Part shown: piece by piece, positions 9,640-23,971 of the stretch
Position numbering within the stretch: position 1 is the stretch's first letter
Layout of the letters: each line of letters begins with the position of its first letter
Origin: Macrostomum lignano
Taxonomy: Eukaryota
Assembly (NCBI GenBank): GCA_002269645.1
Contig: NIVC01001338.1
Location: 124,001 to 188,000 of the forward strand
DNA: 64,000 bases
Direction: 5' to 3'
Notes under the pieces: generated by a model
What the model saw: the letters and a program-made list of their open reading frames with translations, nothing else
The model's database searches: none
What the model was told of the DNA's origin: nothing
Made by a program: the position numbers and the translations under genes

Positions 9640-12600
9640 ACTAGCAATCTTCGCCCCCCGATGGGGGACATCTGGTTAGAATCCTTGTTCTTTACAAATA
9701 ACAAATAGACAGCGAACTAAAGCCTTCAAAAAACAACAACAGACATTCCCTCTAAAAACAAAACATCCCAAGACAGCAAGCATCCTCAGACAGCATTCAA
9801 GCATCGATCCCAAAATAGCAAGCATCCCCCAGGTAGCAAGCATCCCCCCGATAGCAAGCAACCCCAGATAGCAAGCATCCGCAGATAGCAAGCATTCCCC
9901 CAGACCCCAGATAGTAAGCATCCCCAGATAGCAAGCATCCCCCAGATCGCAAGCATCCCCCAGATCGCAAGCATCCCCAGATAGCAAGCACCCCAAATAG
10001 TAAGCATCCACCATACAATAAGTAAAGTAGCTAGTGCTACAATTTCCTTAGCTCTATAGTGGCTCCTTTAAAATTGGCATGACGCTTACTTTTACGTTTG
10101 AAATTGTGTAAATTTTATGTTTGACATGGTGGCTCTTTAATGTTTGACATGGTGGCTTTTTAATGTTTGACATGGTGGCTCTTTAATGTTTGACATGGTG
10201 GCTCTTTTATGTTCTACATGGTGGCTCTCTTATGTTTGATTCAGGGTTTTTTTAATGTCTGACATGGTGTCTCTTTATTGTTTGACATGGTGGCGTTTTA
10301 CTGTTTGACATTATGGCTCTTTAATTTTTGACATGGTGGCTCTTTTATGTTTGAAATGGTGGCTCTTTATGTTAGACATGGTGGCTCTTTAATGTTCGAC
10401 ATGGTGGCTCTTTAATGTTAGACATGATGGCTCTTTAATGTTTGACATTGCGGCTCTTTTAATGTTTGACATGGTGGCTCTTTTATGTTGGACATGGTGG
10501 CTCTTTTTTGCTTGACATGGTGGCTCTTTACTGTTTGACATGGTGGCTCTTTAATGTTCGAAATGGTGGCTCTTTAATGTTTGACATGATGGCTCTTTTA
10601 TGTTTGACATGGTGGCTCTTTTATGTTGGACATAGTGGTTCTTTAATGTTCGACATTGGTTGCTCTTTTATGTTCAAAAAGGTGGCTTTTTAATGTTAGA
10701 CATGGTGGCTCTTTAATGTTCGACATGGTGGCTCTTTATTGTTCGACATGATGGCTCTTTAATGTTTGACATTGCGGCTCTTTAATGTTTGACATGGTGG
10801 CTCCTTTATGTTTGACATGGTGGCTCTTTTTTGATTGACATGGTGGCTCCTTTATGTTTGACATGATGGCTCTTTTATGTTTGACATGGTGGCTCTTTAA
10901 TGTTTTACGTGGTGGCTCTTTAATGTTCTTCATGGTAGCTCTTTTATGTTTGACATGGAGTCACGAATATACTTGACATGGTGACTCGTTATTGTTCGAC
11001 ATGGTGGCTCTTCTATGTTTGACATGGTAGCACTTTAATGTTTGACATGCTGGCTCTATAATGTTTGACATGGAGTCACATATATGTTGGACATGGTGGC
11101 TCTTTAATGTTCGACATGGTGGCTCTTTAATGTTTGACATGGTGGCTCTTCAATGTTTGACATGATGGCTCTTCAATGTTTGACATTGCGGCTCTTTAAT
11201 GTTTGACATGGTGGCTCCTTTATGTTTGACATGGTGGCTGTTTTAAGTTTGACATGGTGGCTCTTTTTTGATTGACATGGTGGCTCCTTTATGTTTGACA
11301 TGATGGCTCTTTTATGTTTGACATGGTGGCTCTTTTATGTTTGACATGGTGGCTGTTTTATGTTTGACATGGTGGCTCTTCTATGTTTGACATGGTGGCT
11401 CTTTAATGTTCTACATGGTGGCTCTCTTATGTTTGATTCGGGTTTTTTTTAATGTCTGACATGGTGTCCCTTTATTGTTTGACATAGTGGCTCTTTTATG
11501 TTTGACATGATGGCTCTTTAATGTTCGACATGGTGGCTCTTTAATGTTTGACATGGTGGCTCTTTAATGTTTGACCTGGTGGCACCTTAATGTAATGATG
11601 GCTCTTTAATGTTTGAAATGGTGGCTCTTTAATGTTCGACATGGTGGCTCCTTTATGTTTAACATGGTGCTCTTAAATGTTTGACATCGTGGCTCTTTAA
11701 TGTTTGACATGGTGGCTCTCTAGTGTTTCACATGGAGTCACGTCTGTGTTTGACATGGAGTCACGTATATATTTGGCATGGAGTCACGTATATGCTTTTC
11801 ATGGTGGCTCTTTTATGTTTGACATGGTGGGTCTTTAATGTTTGACATGGTGGCTCTTTAATTTTTGACATGATGGCTCTTTAATGTTCGACATGATGGC
11901 TGTTTAATGTTTGTTATGTAGTCATGTGTATATGTTTTACATGGTGGCTCTTTTATGTGTGACATGGAGTCACGTATATATTTGACATGGAGTCACATAT
12001 ATGTTTGACATGATGGCTCTTTTATGTTTGACATGGTGGCTCTTTTATGTTTGACATGGTGGCTGTTTTATGTTTGACATGGTGGCTCTTCTATGTTTGA
12101 CATGGTGGCTCTTTAATGTTCTACATGGTGGCTCTCTTATGTTTGATTCGGGTTTTTTTTAATGTCTGACATGGTGTCCCTTTATTGTTTGACATAGTGG
12201 CTCTTTTATGTTTGACATGATGGCTCTTTAATGTTCGACATGGTGGCTCTTTAATGTTTGACATGGTGGCTCTTTAATGTTTGACCTGGTGGCACCTTAA
12301 TGTAATGATGGCTCTTTAATGTTTGAAATGGTGGCTCTTTAATGTTCGACATGGTGGCTCCTTTATGTTTAACATGGTGCTCTTAAATGTTTGACATCGT
12401 GGCTCTTTAATGTTTGACATGGTGGCTCTCTAGTGTTTCACATGGAGTCACGTCTGTGTTTGACATGGAGTCACGTATATATTTGGCATGGAGTCACGTA
12501 TATGCTTTTCATGGTGGCTCTTTTATGTTTGACATGGTGGGTCTTTAATGTTTGACATGGTGGCTCTTTAATTTTTGACATGATGGCTCTTTAATGTTCG

Positions 12601-13850
12601 ACATGATGGCTGTTTAATGTTTGTTATGTAGTCATGTGTATATGTTTTACATGGTGGCTCTTTTATGTGTGACATGGAGTCACGTATATATTTGACATGG
12701 AGTCACATATATGTTTGACATGGTGGCTCTTTAGTGTTCGATATGGTGGCTGTTTAATGTTTGACATAGTGGCTATTTTATGTTTGACATAGTGGCTCTT
12801 TAATGTCTGACATGGTGGCTCTTTAATGTTTGACATGGTGGCTCTTTTATGTTCGACATGGTGGCTCTTTAATGTACGACATAATGGCTCGTTTATTTTC
12901 GACATGGTGGCTCTTTAGTGTTTGACATGGCTTTTTAATGTTTGACATGGTGGCTCTTTTATGCTTGACATGGTGGCTCTTTAACGTTCGACATGGTGGC
13001 TCTTTAATGTTTGACATGGTGGCTCTTTTATGCTTGACATGGTGGCTCTTTAATGTTTGACATAAAGTCACTTATACATGGTGTCTCTTAAATATTAGAC
13101 ATGGTGGCTCGTTTAGGTTTGACATGTTGGCTCTTTTATGTTTGACATGGTGGCTCTTTTATGTTCGACATGGTGGCTCTTTTTTGTTCTACATGGTAAC
13201 TCTTTTATGTTTGATACGGTGGCTTTTTAATATCTGACATGGTGGCTCATCTATGTTTGACATTGTGGCTCTTCTGTGTTTGACATGGTGGCTGTTTAAT
13301 GTTTGACATGGTGGCTCTTTAATGTACGACATAATGGCTCGTTTAAGTTGGACATGGTGGCTTTTTAATGTTTGACATGGTAGCTCTGTTATGTTCGACA
13401 TGGTGGCTCTTTTAGGTTTGACATGGTGGCTCTTAAATGTTTCACATGGTGGCTCTTAAATGTCTTACATGGTGGCTCTTTTATGTTTGACAATGTGGCT
13501 GTTTAATGTTTTACATGGCGGCTCTTTTATGTTCGACATGGTGGCTCTTTAATGTTTGACATGCTAGCTCTTTAATGTTCGACATAGTGGCTCTTTTATG
13601 TTTGGCATGGTGGCTATTTAATGTTCTTCATGGTGGCTCTTTTACGTTTGACATGGTGGGTCTTTAATGTTCGACGTGGTGGCTCTTTAATTTTCGAAAT
13701 GGTGACTCTTTTATGTTTCACATGGTGGCTCTTTAATGTTTGACATAGAGTGACGTATATGTTTTACATGGTGCCCATGTAATGTTTGACATGGTGCCTC
13801 TTTTATGTTTGACATTGTGCTTTTTTATGTTTAGCAGTTTCGTGTTTTCA
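9640..13850. repeat. Composite satellite block, copy 1: unique leader, 18-bp (ATAGCAAGCATCCCCCAG)n, linker, then about 3.7 kb of 23-bp (ATGTTTGACATGGTGGCTCTTTA)n
   Basis: The periods are visible. The leader AATCTTCGCCCCCCGATGGGGGACATCTGG and the linker GCTTACTTTTACGTTTGAAATTGTGTA recur at 14427 and 15087. There is an internal 710-bp duplication (11411 vs 12121). Confidence 0.95.
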
Positions 13851-13864
13851 AGGTGTTTTAATAA

Positions 13865-13935
13865 AAAAATCTTTTTGCAGCACTAAGATTGGAACCCAGG
13901 TCGCTGCATTAGCAGTCCAGTCTGTTCGCATCTAT
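13865..13935 (-). other. Degenerate tRNA-like / SINE-head fragment
   Basis: The minus strand reads GATAGCATAG...GGACTGCTAATGCAGCGACCTGGGTTCCAATC, with a B-box-like motif and a Ser(GCT)-like loop. No complete cloverleaf. Confidence 0.35.
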
Positions 13936-14419
13936 GCTATCTCTTTTCAATTGGCGAACATGATTTGTGGCCCTTATAATTCAATGCTTACAGCAAGTTG
14001 GTTAGAGTAAAAAGTTATGACATAATCAATTTCTTAGTCAGCCAGTATCAGTGTCAATTTAAGTTAGCAATATTGTTACGCAATTTCAATCAAGTTGTGT
14101 GTGCATTTCTTTGGCACTGTTTTCAACTTGTTGTGATGCAATCTTTATCAGAATTGAAATTCAGTCAGTCAGTTTTTTCTCTAGCATTCTTACAATGCAT
14201 TTCAGATCGAAAGAGCCGCTTGACCTTTGCAAAAAAGCCTGTTTTTCGAATATTTAATCCCTTTAATATTGAGCAATTTTTTAGCCAAGATGCATGTACC
14301 GTCCCAGGAAAATTTCTGATCGAATGGTGCAAGTTTGAAGAAAATCGGTTGAGCCATTTTTTCTGAAATCTATCGCATACCTACCCACATACATACAGAC
14401 AACTCATTTTTAGTATATA

Positions 14420-15530
14420 GGACTAGTAATCTTCGCCCCCCGATGGGGGACATCTGGATAGAATCTCTGTTCTCTACAAGTAACAAAAAAACAGCCAAAA
14501 ATCCTTCAAAAAGACAACAGACAAACTGCTCAAATGAAGTGCATTGCAAAAAGAAATCATCCCAAGACCGCAAGCATCCCCCAGATAGCAAGCATCCCCC
14601 AGATAGCAAGCATCCCCAAGATAGCAAGCATCCCCAGATAGCAGGCATCCCCAAGATAGCAAGCATCCCCCAGATAGCAAGCGTCCCCCAGATAGCAAGC
14701 ATCCCCCAGATAGCAAGCATCCCTCAGATAGCAAGCATCCCCCAGATTTCAAGCATCCCCCAGATAGCAAGCATCCCCGGATAGCAAGCATCCCCCAGAG
14801 AGCAAGCATCCCCCAGATAGCAAGCATCCCTCAGATAGCAAGCATCCCCCAGATAGCAAGCATCCCCCAGATAGCAAGCATCCCTCAGATAGCAAGCATC
14901 CCCCAGATAGCAAGCATCCCCCAGATAGCAAGCATCCCCCAGATAGCAAGCATCCCCCAGATAGCAAGCATCCCCAAGATAGCAAGCATCCCCAAGATAG
15001 ATAGCATCCCCAAATAGTAAGCATCCACCAGACAATAAGTAGCTAGTGCGACAATTTCCTTAGCATTATAGCGGCTCCTTTAAAATTCGCTTACTTTTAC
15101 GTTTGAAATTGTGTATCTTTTATGTTTAACAGGGTGGCTCTTTTATGTTCTACATTGTGGCTCTTTTATGTTATACATTGTGGCTCTTTTTTGTTCTACG
15201 CTCGTACATGGTAACTCTTTTATGTTTGATACGGTGGCTTTTCAATGTCTGACATGGTGGCTCTTCTATGTTTGACATGGGGCTCTTCTATGTTTGACAT
15301 GGGGGCTCTTCTATGTTTGACATGGGAGCTCTTCTATGTTTGACAAAGTGGCTTTTTAATGTTTGACATGGTGGCTCTATTATGTTTGACATGGTGGCTC
15401 TATTATGTTTGACATGGTGGCTCTTTAATGTTCAAAAAGTTGGCTCTTTTATGTTTGACATGGTGGCTCTTTAATGTTTGACATGGTGGCTCTTTAATGT
15501 TTGACATGGTGGCTCTTTAATGTTAGACAA
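14420..15530. repeat. Composite satellite block, copy 2: longer 18-bp array, short 23-bp array
   Basis: Same leader, linker and two monomer types as 9640-13850. Confidence 0.95.
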
Positions 15531-15608
15531 AGTAGCAAACAATGTAAGCAAACGCGTAGACAAGTTCATTTTTCGAAGTTGTTTTGAAGAAACTTTTTAA
15601 AAAGACTG

Positions 15609-17182
15609 AGCCAAGGAGTTCTATAATTAGCAATCTGGAGTGGAAACGAGTTTTACCTCATGAGGCCACGCTAATTGTAAAGATAAGGAGCCAGCACTGA
15701 ATGTCTATGGAGGGTCGTTTCACAAACCCTAATTTTCACAACGTCGAAACCAGAACCTTTCAAAAGACCTATATTTCACAAACCCTAATTTTCACAACGT
15801 CGAAAATAAGCAATGCAGCAGATTTCACAAGACCTACATTTCACAAGCCCTAAATTTCATAACACTTAAAAGGCATGCACAGATTTTCAAAAGCCCTAAA
15901 TTTCACTATCTCTAAATTTCACAAACCCTAAATATCACAACGTCGAAAATTAAATTTGCTTCTATTTTCAGAAGCTCTAAATTTCACAACGCCTAAAAAC
16001 ACTATGGAGATACAATCTTTCACAAGACCTAAATTTCACAACGCCTAAAAACACTATGGAGATACAATCTTTCACAAGACCTAAATTTCACAACGTCTAA
16101 AAGCCATTTTTAGGCGTTTGTAGGTGGGTTTAGGCGTTGTGAAATTTAGGTCTTGTGAAAGATTGTATCTCCATAGTGTTTTTAGGCGTTGTGAAATTTA
16201 GGTCTTGTGAAAGATTGTATCTCCATAGTGTTTTTAGGCGTTGTGAAATTTAGAGCTCTAAATTTCATAAGCTCTAAATTTCACAAGCTCAAAATTTCAC
16301 AAGCTCTAAATTTCACAACGTCGAAAAACACTATGGAGATACAATCTTTCACAAGACCTAAATTTCACAACGCCTAAAAATTTTTTTAGGCATTTTTTAA
16401 AAATGGCTTTTAGACGTTGTGAAATTTAGGTCTTGTGAAAGATTGTATCTCCATAGTGTTTTTCGACGTTGTGAAATTTAGAGCTTGTGAAATTTAGAGC
16501 TTGTGAAATTTAGAGCTTATGAAATTTAGAGCTTGTGAAATTTAGGGCTTGTGAAATTTAGGGCTTGTGAAATTTAGGGCTTGTGAAATTTATAGTTTAT
16601 GCAGTCTGATGCAAGTTTTGTTTTCGACGTTGTGAAATTTAGAGCTTGTGAAATTTAGAGCTTATGAAATACTGTGCACAACTTTTCGACGATGTGAAAA
16701 TTAGGGTTTATGAAATTTAGAGCTTATGAAAGTTTGTGTCTTGCGACGTTGTGAAATTTAGGGCTTGTGAAAGCGACCCGTCTATGGCTCTGTCTGTCTC
16801 TGTCTATGCTATAGTCTGGCCCAAGGACAACTTGATAACTCAGGACCGGAAACGAGCCAATTCATGGCGAAAAAAGTATGAGGCTCGTTTAAAAGCATTG
16901 TTCTATGGCCCATCCAAAGCTACGAAAGCGAAGAAAGAAAGAACTGAAAATTGAGTTCTTCGCATGCACTTGCAATTGAGAGAGAGAACTTTTATTCTTG
17001 CTGAAACTAAATATCATGCCGAGAAAATGCAGCGTCATTTTCTGTTGTGCAAACTACAATAGTAACCGTGATCGGAATGTTGCCTTGGTCTCAAGTTATC
17101 AAGTTGTCCTTGGTCTGGCCTCTAGGTAAAACTGAAAAAACTCGCTTCCACTCCAGGTTGCTAATTATAGAACTCCTTGGCT
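15609..17182. mobile_element. Nested TIR / foldback element with multiple long internal palindromes
   Basis: Inverted pairs at 15609-15654/17137-17182 and 16821-16840/17094-17113. Inner element 15711-16779 with GGGTCG(C)TTTCACAA termini, flanked by GTCTATGG on both sides. Internal hairpins at 15973-16257 and about 16253-16540. Confidence 0.8.
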
Positions 17183-17474
17183 AAGCTATGCAATATAACA
17201 ATTCAAACGTCAATTCAAACAAACTCTATAGGCTAAATTGTCTGAATTAGGTCTTTAGAATGAGAGCAGCGGCATGGGCTTAGGCTTAGACGGACGAGGC
17301 TGGCGCAGTGATAGAGCCGTAATAAAACGAAACAAGGTACATCTTGAGAAAACAAAAACGATTAGGCCACTTAGGACACTTTAGGAAAAACCACGATGTT
17401 GTTGTCTGGCAAAAAACTATAGGGCGTTTTTTATGTCCTGCCTATAACAGAACATCGGAATAAACTCTCTCAGC

Positions 17475-19801
17475 TCAAGTGCAGTGAGCCTCGCGCTCCA
17501 CGCTTAGCAACCGCATGGCAACTCGACCTGGCTGGTTGACGGAGCTCCATCCGATCGATCCGGCGACAATCGAGCAGTTGCGGCCTGAGCAGAAGGAGCC
17601 GCCGCCGCCTCCGGCATCCGTGAAGCGCAGACTCGCGCCGCCTCCGCTGTAGCCGCCGCCGCCTCCGCCAGCTCCGTACCGGTAGTAGCCAGTATAGTTC
17701 AAGGCTCCGCCACCGCCGCCGCCTCCGAAGCCGCCGTGGCCGACGCTGCCGTCGCCCGCCGTGCCGCCGATCCAGCCGTCGATGCGACTTCCGCCACCAT
17801 CGCCGTCTTCGCCGCCTCGCCGTGGGTTGATCGGCTTGCCAAGCCAGCCGGCTCCGCAACCGCCGTGGTTGGTTATTGAGTTGACTCGGTACTCAGTTGA
17901 GCTGGCCATGAGACTGGGATCGTTCAGGCCGGGGCTCCCATTGGCCCCGCCGAATCCGTACTGAGGATAATAATCGCTTACCGGATAGTAATTGCTGGCG
18001 TCTGTGCCGTTTTGTCCTTCCTGACCGCCGAGCCCTTTGCAGGTGAAATCGAATAGGAAGATTTTTATGGGATTTGAGGTCGCAACGAAATGAACAGTTG
18101 AATACAGTTGCAGTGTTTAAATCCAAGGACTGCTCAAGCAGAAGAACAGGAAACCATGTTTCTTAGAAAATCTTAGGAGACAGGTCTTAACCGAAAAAAT
18201 ACATTATTGAGATTAGAGGCTTTCATTTTTTAGCAAAAAAACTAGCAAGTAGCGCCCCCCCCCCCGGGAATTCTGACTTCTCAGTCTTGACATCTCAGAA
18301 ATTCCCCCTTAACACAGAATCCTAATTTTATCAATGAAAAGCTTTATGAATATCAAAAGAGTAATAAGAAAGGTCACACATATCAAAAGATGAACCTTGG
18401 GTCTGCCTCCTAAAATTTTCCAAGAAAAGTAGGCCTTGTTTAAATCATGCTTGTACACTTTGAATCTTTCAATGGTTTCCTGACCGGGATTCGGAAATCA
18501 AAAGTACACAAGACCACTAGGCCCAAATCTCACCATATCTCCAATAGGTGGATCCGCCGCCTCCTCCAGCTGCTAGAAGGAGCTCGCAGCTCTCCGATGA
18601 GTTCAGCTGGCACACGAAGCTGCCTCCGCCGCCGCCGCCTCCGCGATAGTAAGGGACTTCGCCGCCAGCCTGACCGACCACAATCTCCAGCCGGGTGCCG
18701 GCAGTCAGGAAGAAGTTCCCGATTGCAGTGGCACCGTTGCCTCCTCTTCTATTGGAGCTTTGGCCGCCGGACGCGCCTCGGGCCTCGAGCTTGTAGCAGC
18801 CGCTAGCCACCACAACTTTGCGCTGGATCGAACCGAAGCGACCGGAACTGGAATCTAAAATGTTTTAAATTAGTTGATTCGTCTTTGAAAATCTGCACTC
18901 GTCAAAATCTTGCCCTCTAACTTAGTCTATTTAATCTCCTGGCCTGATGGGCATAGATTGTTCATGCCTAACGATTAGAAAGTCAGAGCCGCTGTGCAAT
19001 CTGCGGAATAGTGATTACTATAGAATCTCTCTTACACGTATTGTGCAAAAAATCTTAGTTCAGGAGGACTATACGTGCAGGTTTCAATGGGATTGAAAGT
19101 TCATATTTATTGAAACGCTAGTATTATTGTAGTCCTCCATTAGTCCTTGGTTGGGCAAATGGAAAATCCTAAGGCAATGGTACGCTCGTAGTGATGACGG
19201 AGCATGCTGCACTGCACAAGTCGCACTTCTAAAGGAATCGAGGCCCACAAGTCTTCAAGTACGCTCTTATTACGCATGTGTACTTTTCTTGATCATGGAT
19301 TTTCACTTAACAGAGCCAAAAAAGACCTCCCGAAAAACAACGCTCTAAACAGTTAACAATTGCCGCAGAGAACTCACTGAGGAACTCCGGGTTGACATTC
19401 CGCTCAGCTTCGCTGAGCAGCTTGGCGAAGTTGTCGATCCTCCAAACCACCGCGCCCGCCTCTGTGGCCAGCAGCCGGCGCTGGTGGCTGCCCTCCGGCC
19501 CCGGTCCGACTGACTCATTGTGGACGACGACCAGCTGGCAGAGGCGACTGGCGTTCACCAACACTGCGGCAGCGCAGCGCCTCGTCCGGCACCTCAGAAT
19601 GCACTGGAGCTCGTTGTCGACTTCCGTCTCGTTGATGATCTCGCTGCTCACCGCGATATCCAGCTCGACCGGGCCGCCCCCTCGGTGAAAGTCGGCGCAG
19701 CTACCGTCGTCGACACCTACGATGGAACTCGCGCCTGCGGACAACTCACCACAGATGGCTACGAGTTGCATCAGGAAGATCCTATCGATATTGATGAGCA
19801 T
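17475..19801 (-). CDS. Secreted protein of about 434 aa: signal peptide, PAN/apple-like Cys motif, ALK/LTK-type glycine-rich domain; no TM or kinase
   Basis: Exons 19801-19378, 18854-18534 and 18034-17475, all phase-1 GT-AG joins, 1305 nt in total. CILRCRTRRCAAAVLVNASRLCQL; CYKLEARGASGG, LEIVVGQAG, GGGGGGGSFV, LLLAAGGGGG and GAGGGGGGYSGG are typical of the ALK/LTK Gly-rich fold. Confidence 0.85.
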
Positions 19802-20554
19802 AGTTGATCTAAAAAGCGACTGATTTCAAATCAACTAACTGAAGAGAATACACTGTTTACAGCTTTGCCCGCAAGCATCGCTAGAAATAAATAGGCCAGC
19901 TAGAGCTTCTATGCTAATCGCCCACCACCGGTCCGAGCGGTTTGCACCTGCCTGTACATCAATCACACTGAGATAATGTAAGGTTGTTGCTTCACCAAGG
20001 CTACCGTTAATAGAGGGATAGAAAGAGTTGAAGAGAGAGAGAGGGGTGACGCATGATTGCTTCGTGCTGGTATTTTCTCCCCGTTTCTCTGATATGGCAG
20101 AAATGGCTTTGGTCCTCCCCTCTGCATCTCTGAGGGAAGGGTTGATGAGATGGCGGAGATGGCATCGATCGCCAGACCCGCTTGAAGTTTTGAAGGACAA
20201 ATTCAATAAAAAACAAGAACAGTACTTCATCTATGGGAACCAACTATGGATGTGCCCAGCCACCCCTTCTCCCCATTCCCTAATTTGTTAGATCAACCTT
20301 GCTCTTATCTCAACACATGGACCATTGAACACCTGGACTGGTGCGTGTGCGTGTGTACTTCTAGTCCACGTATTCCGCAGTGGCCCCTCCCTGATCTGTC
20401 GGACAACAGCAAATTTATTTTTGCGCTGCCAGAATAGGGGCAGATATGCTGGTCCGGTCTTAACGGAATGCGATTCGTGTTGCAATATTTTTATTGCAAA
20501 ATGAGGTAAGTGTGCGTTACAAGGTCACAATCACTGCGTTTAATACGATACTCG

Positions 20555-20678
20555 TAAGCATGGTGTATTACACGATAAGCATGGTGTATGACTCGATGAG
20601 CATGGTGTATGACTCGATGAGCATGGTGTATGACTCGATAAGCATGGTGTATGACTCGATGAGCATAGTGTATGACTG
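20555..20678. repeat. 21-bp minisatellite (ATGAGCATGGTGTATGACTCG)n, left block
   Basis: About 6 copies; same unit as 21468-21853. Confidence 0.93.
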
Positions 20679-20681
20679 ATG

Positions 20682-21389
20682 TGTTCCTTATTACCAGACT
20701 TTCTCTGTAATCAAGGAACAATCACTTCTAGCTACTGCTAGGCAACCCAGTAATCAACTGAAGGTATTTATTACCTTTAATCCGGATTAGATGTCTCTTC
20801 AGTAGTTCTCGATGTACATCTCGTCGTAGATCTCTTCAATGCGTCTAGACGTCTTGAATCTGCAGCTCTGGTCCTGGTTCCTCTTGTACTTCTGATAAAG
20901 CCGTTTCCGGCCGGTATCTGCAGTCAGGACCAATCAGAGGCCTCGTATCAACAATGGGATCCCTGCGCCAACTGCGGTTTCGCCTAAGCCTTCTCCTTCT
21001 AGCAGTGCCTCCGGTAATCACTGATAGTTATTCTAAGAGCTATCAGGGTAGTCCTTCTGGAGACTACGACCAATGGAGTCTCAAATGGACTCAAGAGTCT
21101 CAACAGACTCTAACATTATAACAATACGCTCGTAGTGAGTCGACTCAAACGACGGGCGCAAATGAGCAAGGCTTACCGCAACAACTCGACCGAGTTGCGA
21201 TTGACTTGGTGATCAGGAAGTCTTCCTAAAGCTTCCTCTTCGGAGCTCTCCTGTAGTCGGGAGAATGACTCCGGTTCCGCTTCGGACCGCTTGTATTTAT
21301 AGTCGATTCGGCCAGCCAAAAATAGTAACATGACTCGTTTGTTGCGCTATAAGGGGTAACATGACTCATCGCCGCTATAATTAGTAACA
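20682..21389 (-). mobile_element. Probable solo LTR, about 708 bp
   Basis: The minus strand starts TGTTAC and ends GGAACA. It has repeated GAGTCATGTTAC enhancer-like motifs, TATAAATA near 21300, an Inr-like AGTCATTC about 30 nt later and AATAAA near 20770. The flanks TGATG/TGATT are an imperfect 5-bp TSD. No gag/pol is present. Confidence 0.5.
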
Positions 21390-21467
21390 TGATTCATTTC
21401 AGGTTATAAATAGTATTAGGATTCATATTTAAATTTTCTGTGCGCATGTGTGCACTAACTAACTTAC

Positions 21468-21853
21468 TATGAGCATGGTGTATGACACGATGAGCATGGT
21501 GTATGACACGATAAGCATGGTGTATGACACGATGAGCATGGTGTATGACACGATAAGCATGGTGTATGACTCGGTGAGCATGGTGTATGACATGATGAGC
21601 ATGGTGTATGACTCGATAAGCATGGTGTATGACTCGATAAGCATGGTGTATGACTTGATGAGCATGGTGTATGACACGATGAGCATGGTGTATGACTCGA
21701 TGAGCATGGTGTCTGACTTGATGAGCATGGTGTATGACACGATGAGCATGGTGTATGACTCGATGAGCATGGTGTATGACACGATGAGCATGGTGTATGA
21801 CTTGATGAGCATGGTGTATGACTTGATGAGCATGGTGTATGACTTGATGAGCA
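21468..21853. repeat. 21-bp minisatellite, right block
   Basis: About 18 copies of ATGAGCATGGTGTATGAC(T/A)(C/T)G. Confidence 0.95.
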
Positions 21854-22253
21854 TTTAAAGCCATTGGAATACTTTAAAATTGCTTATCCGAGCAGAGTTA
21901 CTCTTGGACTAGATAATAGGCGCCTAGTAGTCAGAACTGAGTCCAGCTGTTCATATTGTTTTAGGGGAGCTACAGGGCTCTTTGCCAGTCATGAAAGCGC
22001 AGGAAGTAAGCCGTAGTGTGTGCTCGAACTGAGCTGCTCATGCATAGAACTGAGAATCTATCGATTTTTCTTGGACCAGGAGTGGGTCGATATTGACTAT
22101 AATTGCGCTGTGGCTTAAATCGAACTGCTTGCTCAAGAGTCAAAAAAGAAACTGTTGAGCACAGGCCACCAGTAGACAATTTGTGACAACTCGATCTCAA
22201 CTTTTTTTCTGAGATTCTCTGCAGAAGTGACTGAGTCTGCGTTTAATTTGTCT

Positions 22254-23841
<1,588 letters not shown>

Positions 23842-23971
23842 AAGGCCAGGAGAGAGCCGCGCCAAGTGTTCAACAGTTACCGAAATTTCATATTCACTCA
23901 GCTAAGGAAGAATGACGGAAATGCTGCCAAATACATGTACCCCTGTATGCTCGTCTTTTAATCGTCTGGAT

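Noticed and set aside
10110-15530. Regular 23-bp and 18-bp repeats as a CRISPR array or repeat protein
   Set aside because: The units are contiguous with no unique spacers, there are no cas genes, and the context is eukaryotic.
17475-18854. ALK/LTK receptor kinase, or a bacterial PE-PGRS horizontal transfer
   Set aside because: No TM or kinase exon follows; the gene has canonical spliceosomal introns and host-like composition.
19835-20485. Short ORFs upstream of the Gly-rich gene
   Set aside because: Several overlapping short frames with no recognisable motif or splice-consistent model; possibly decayed element sequence.
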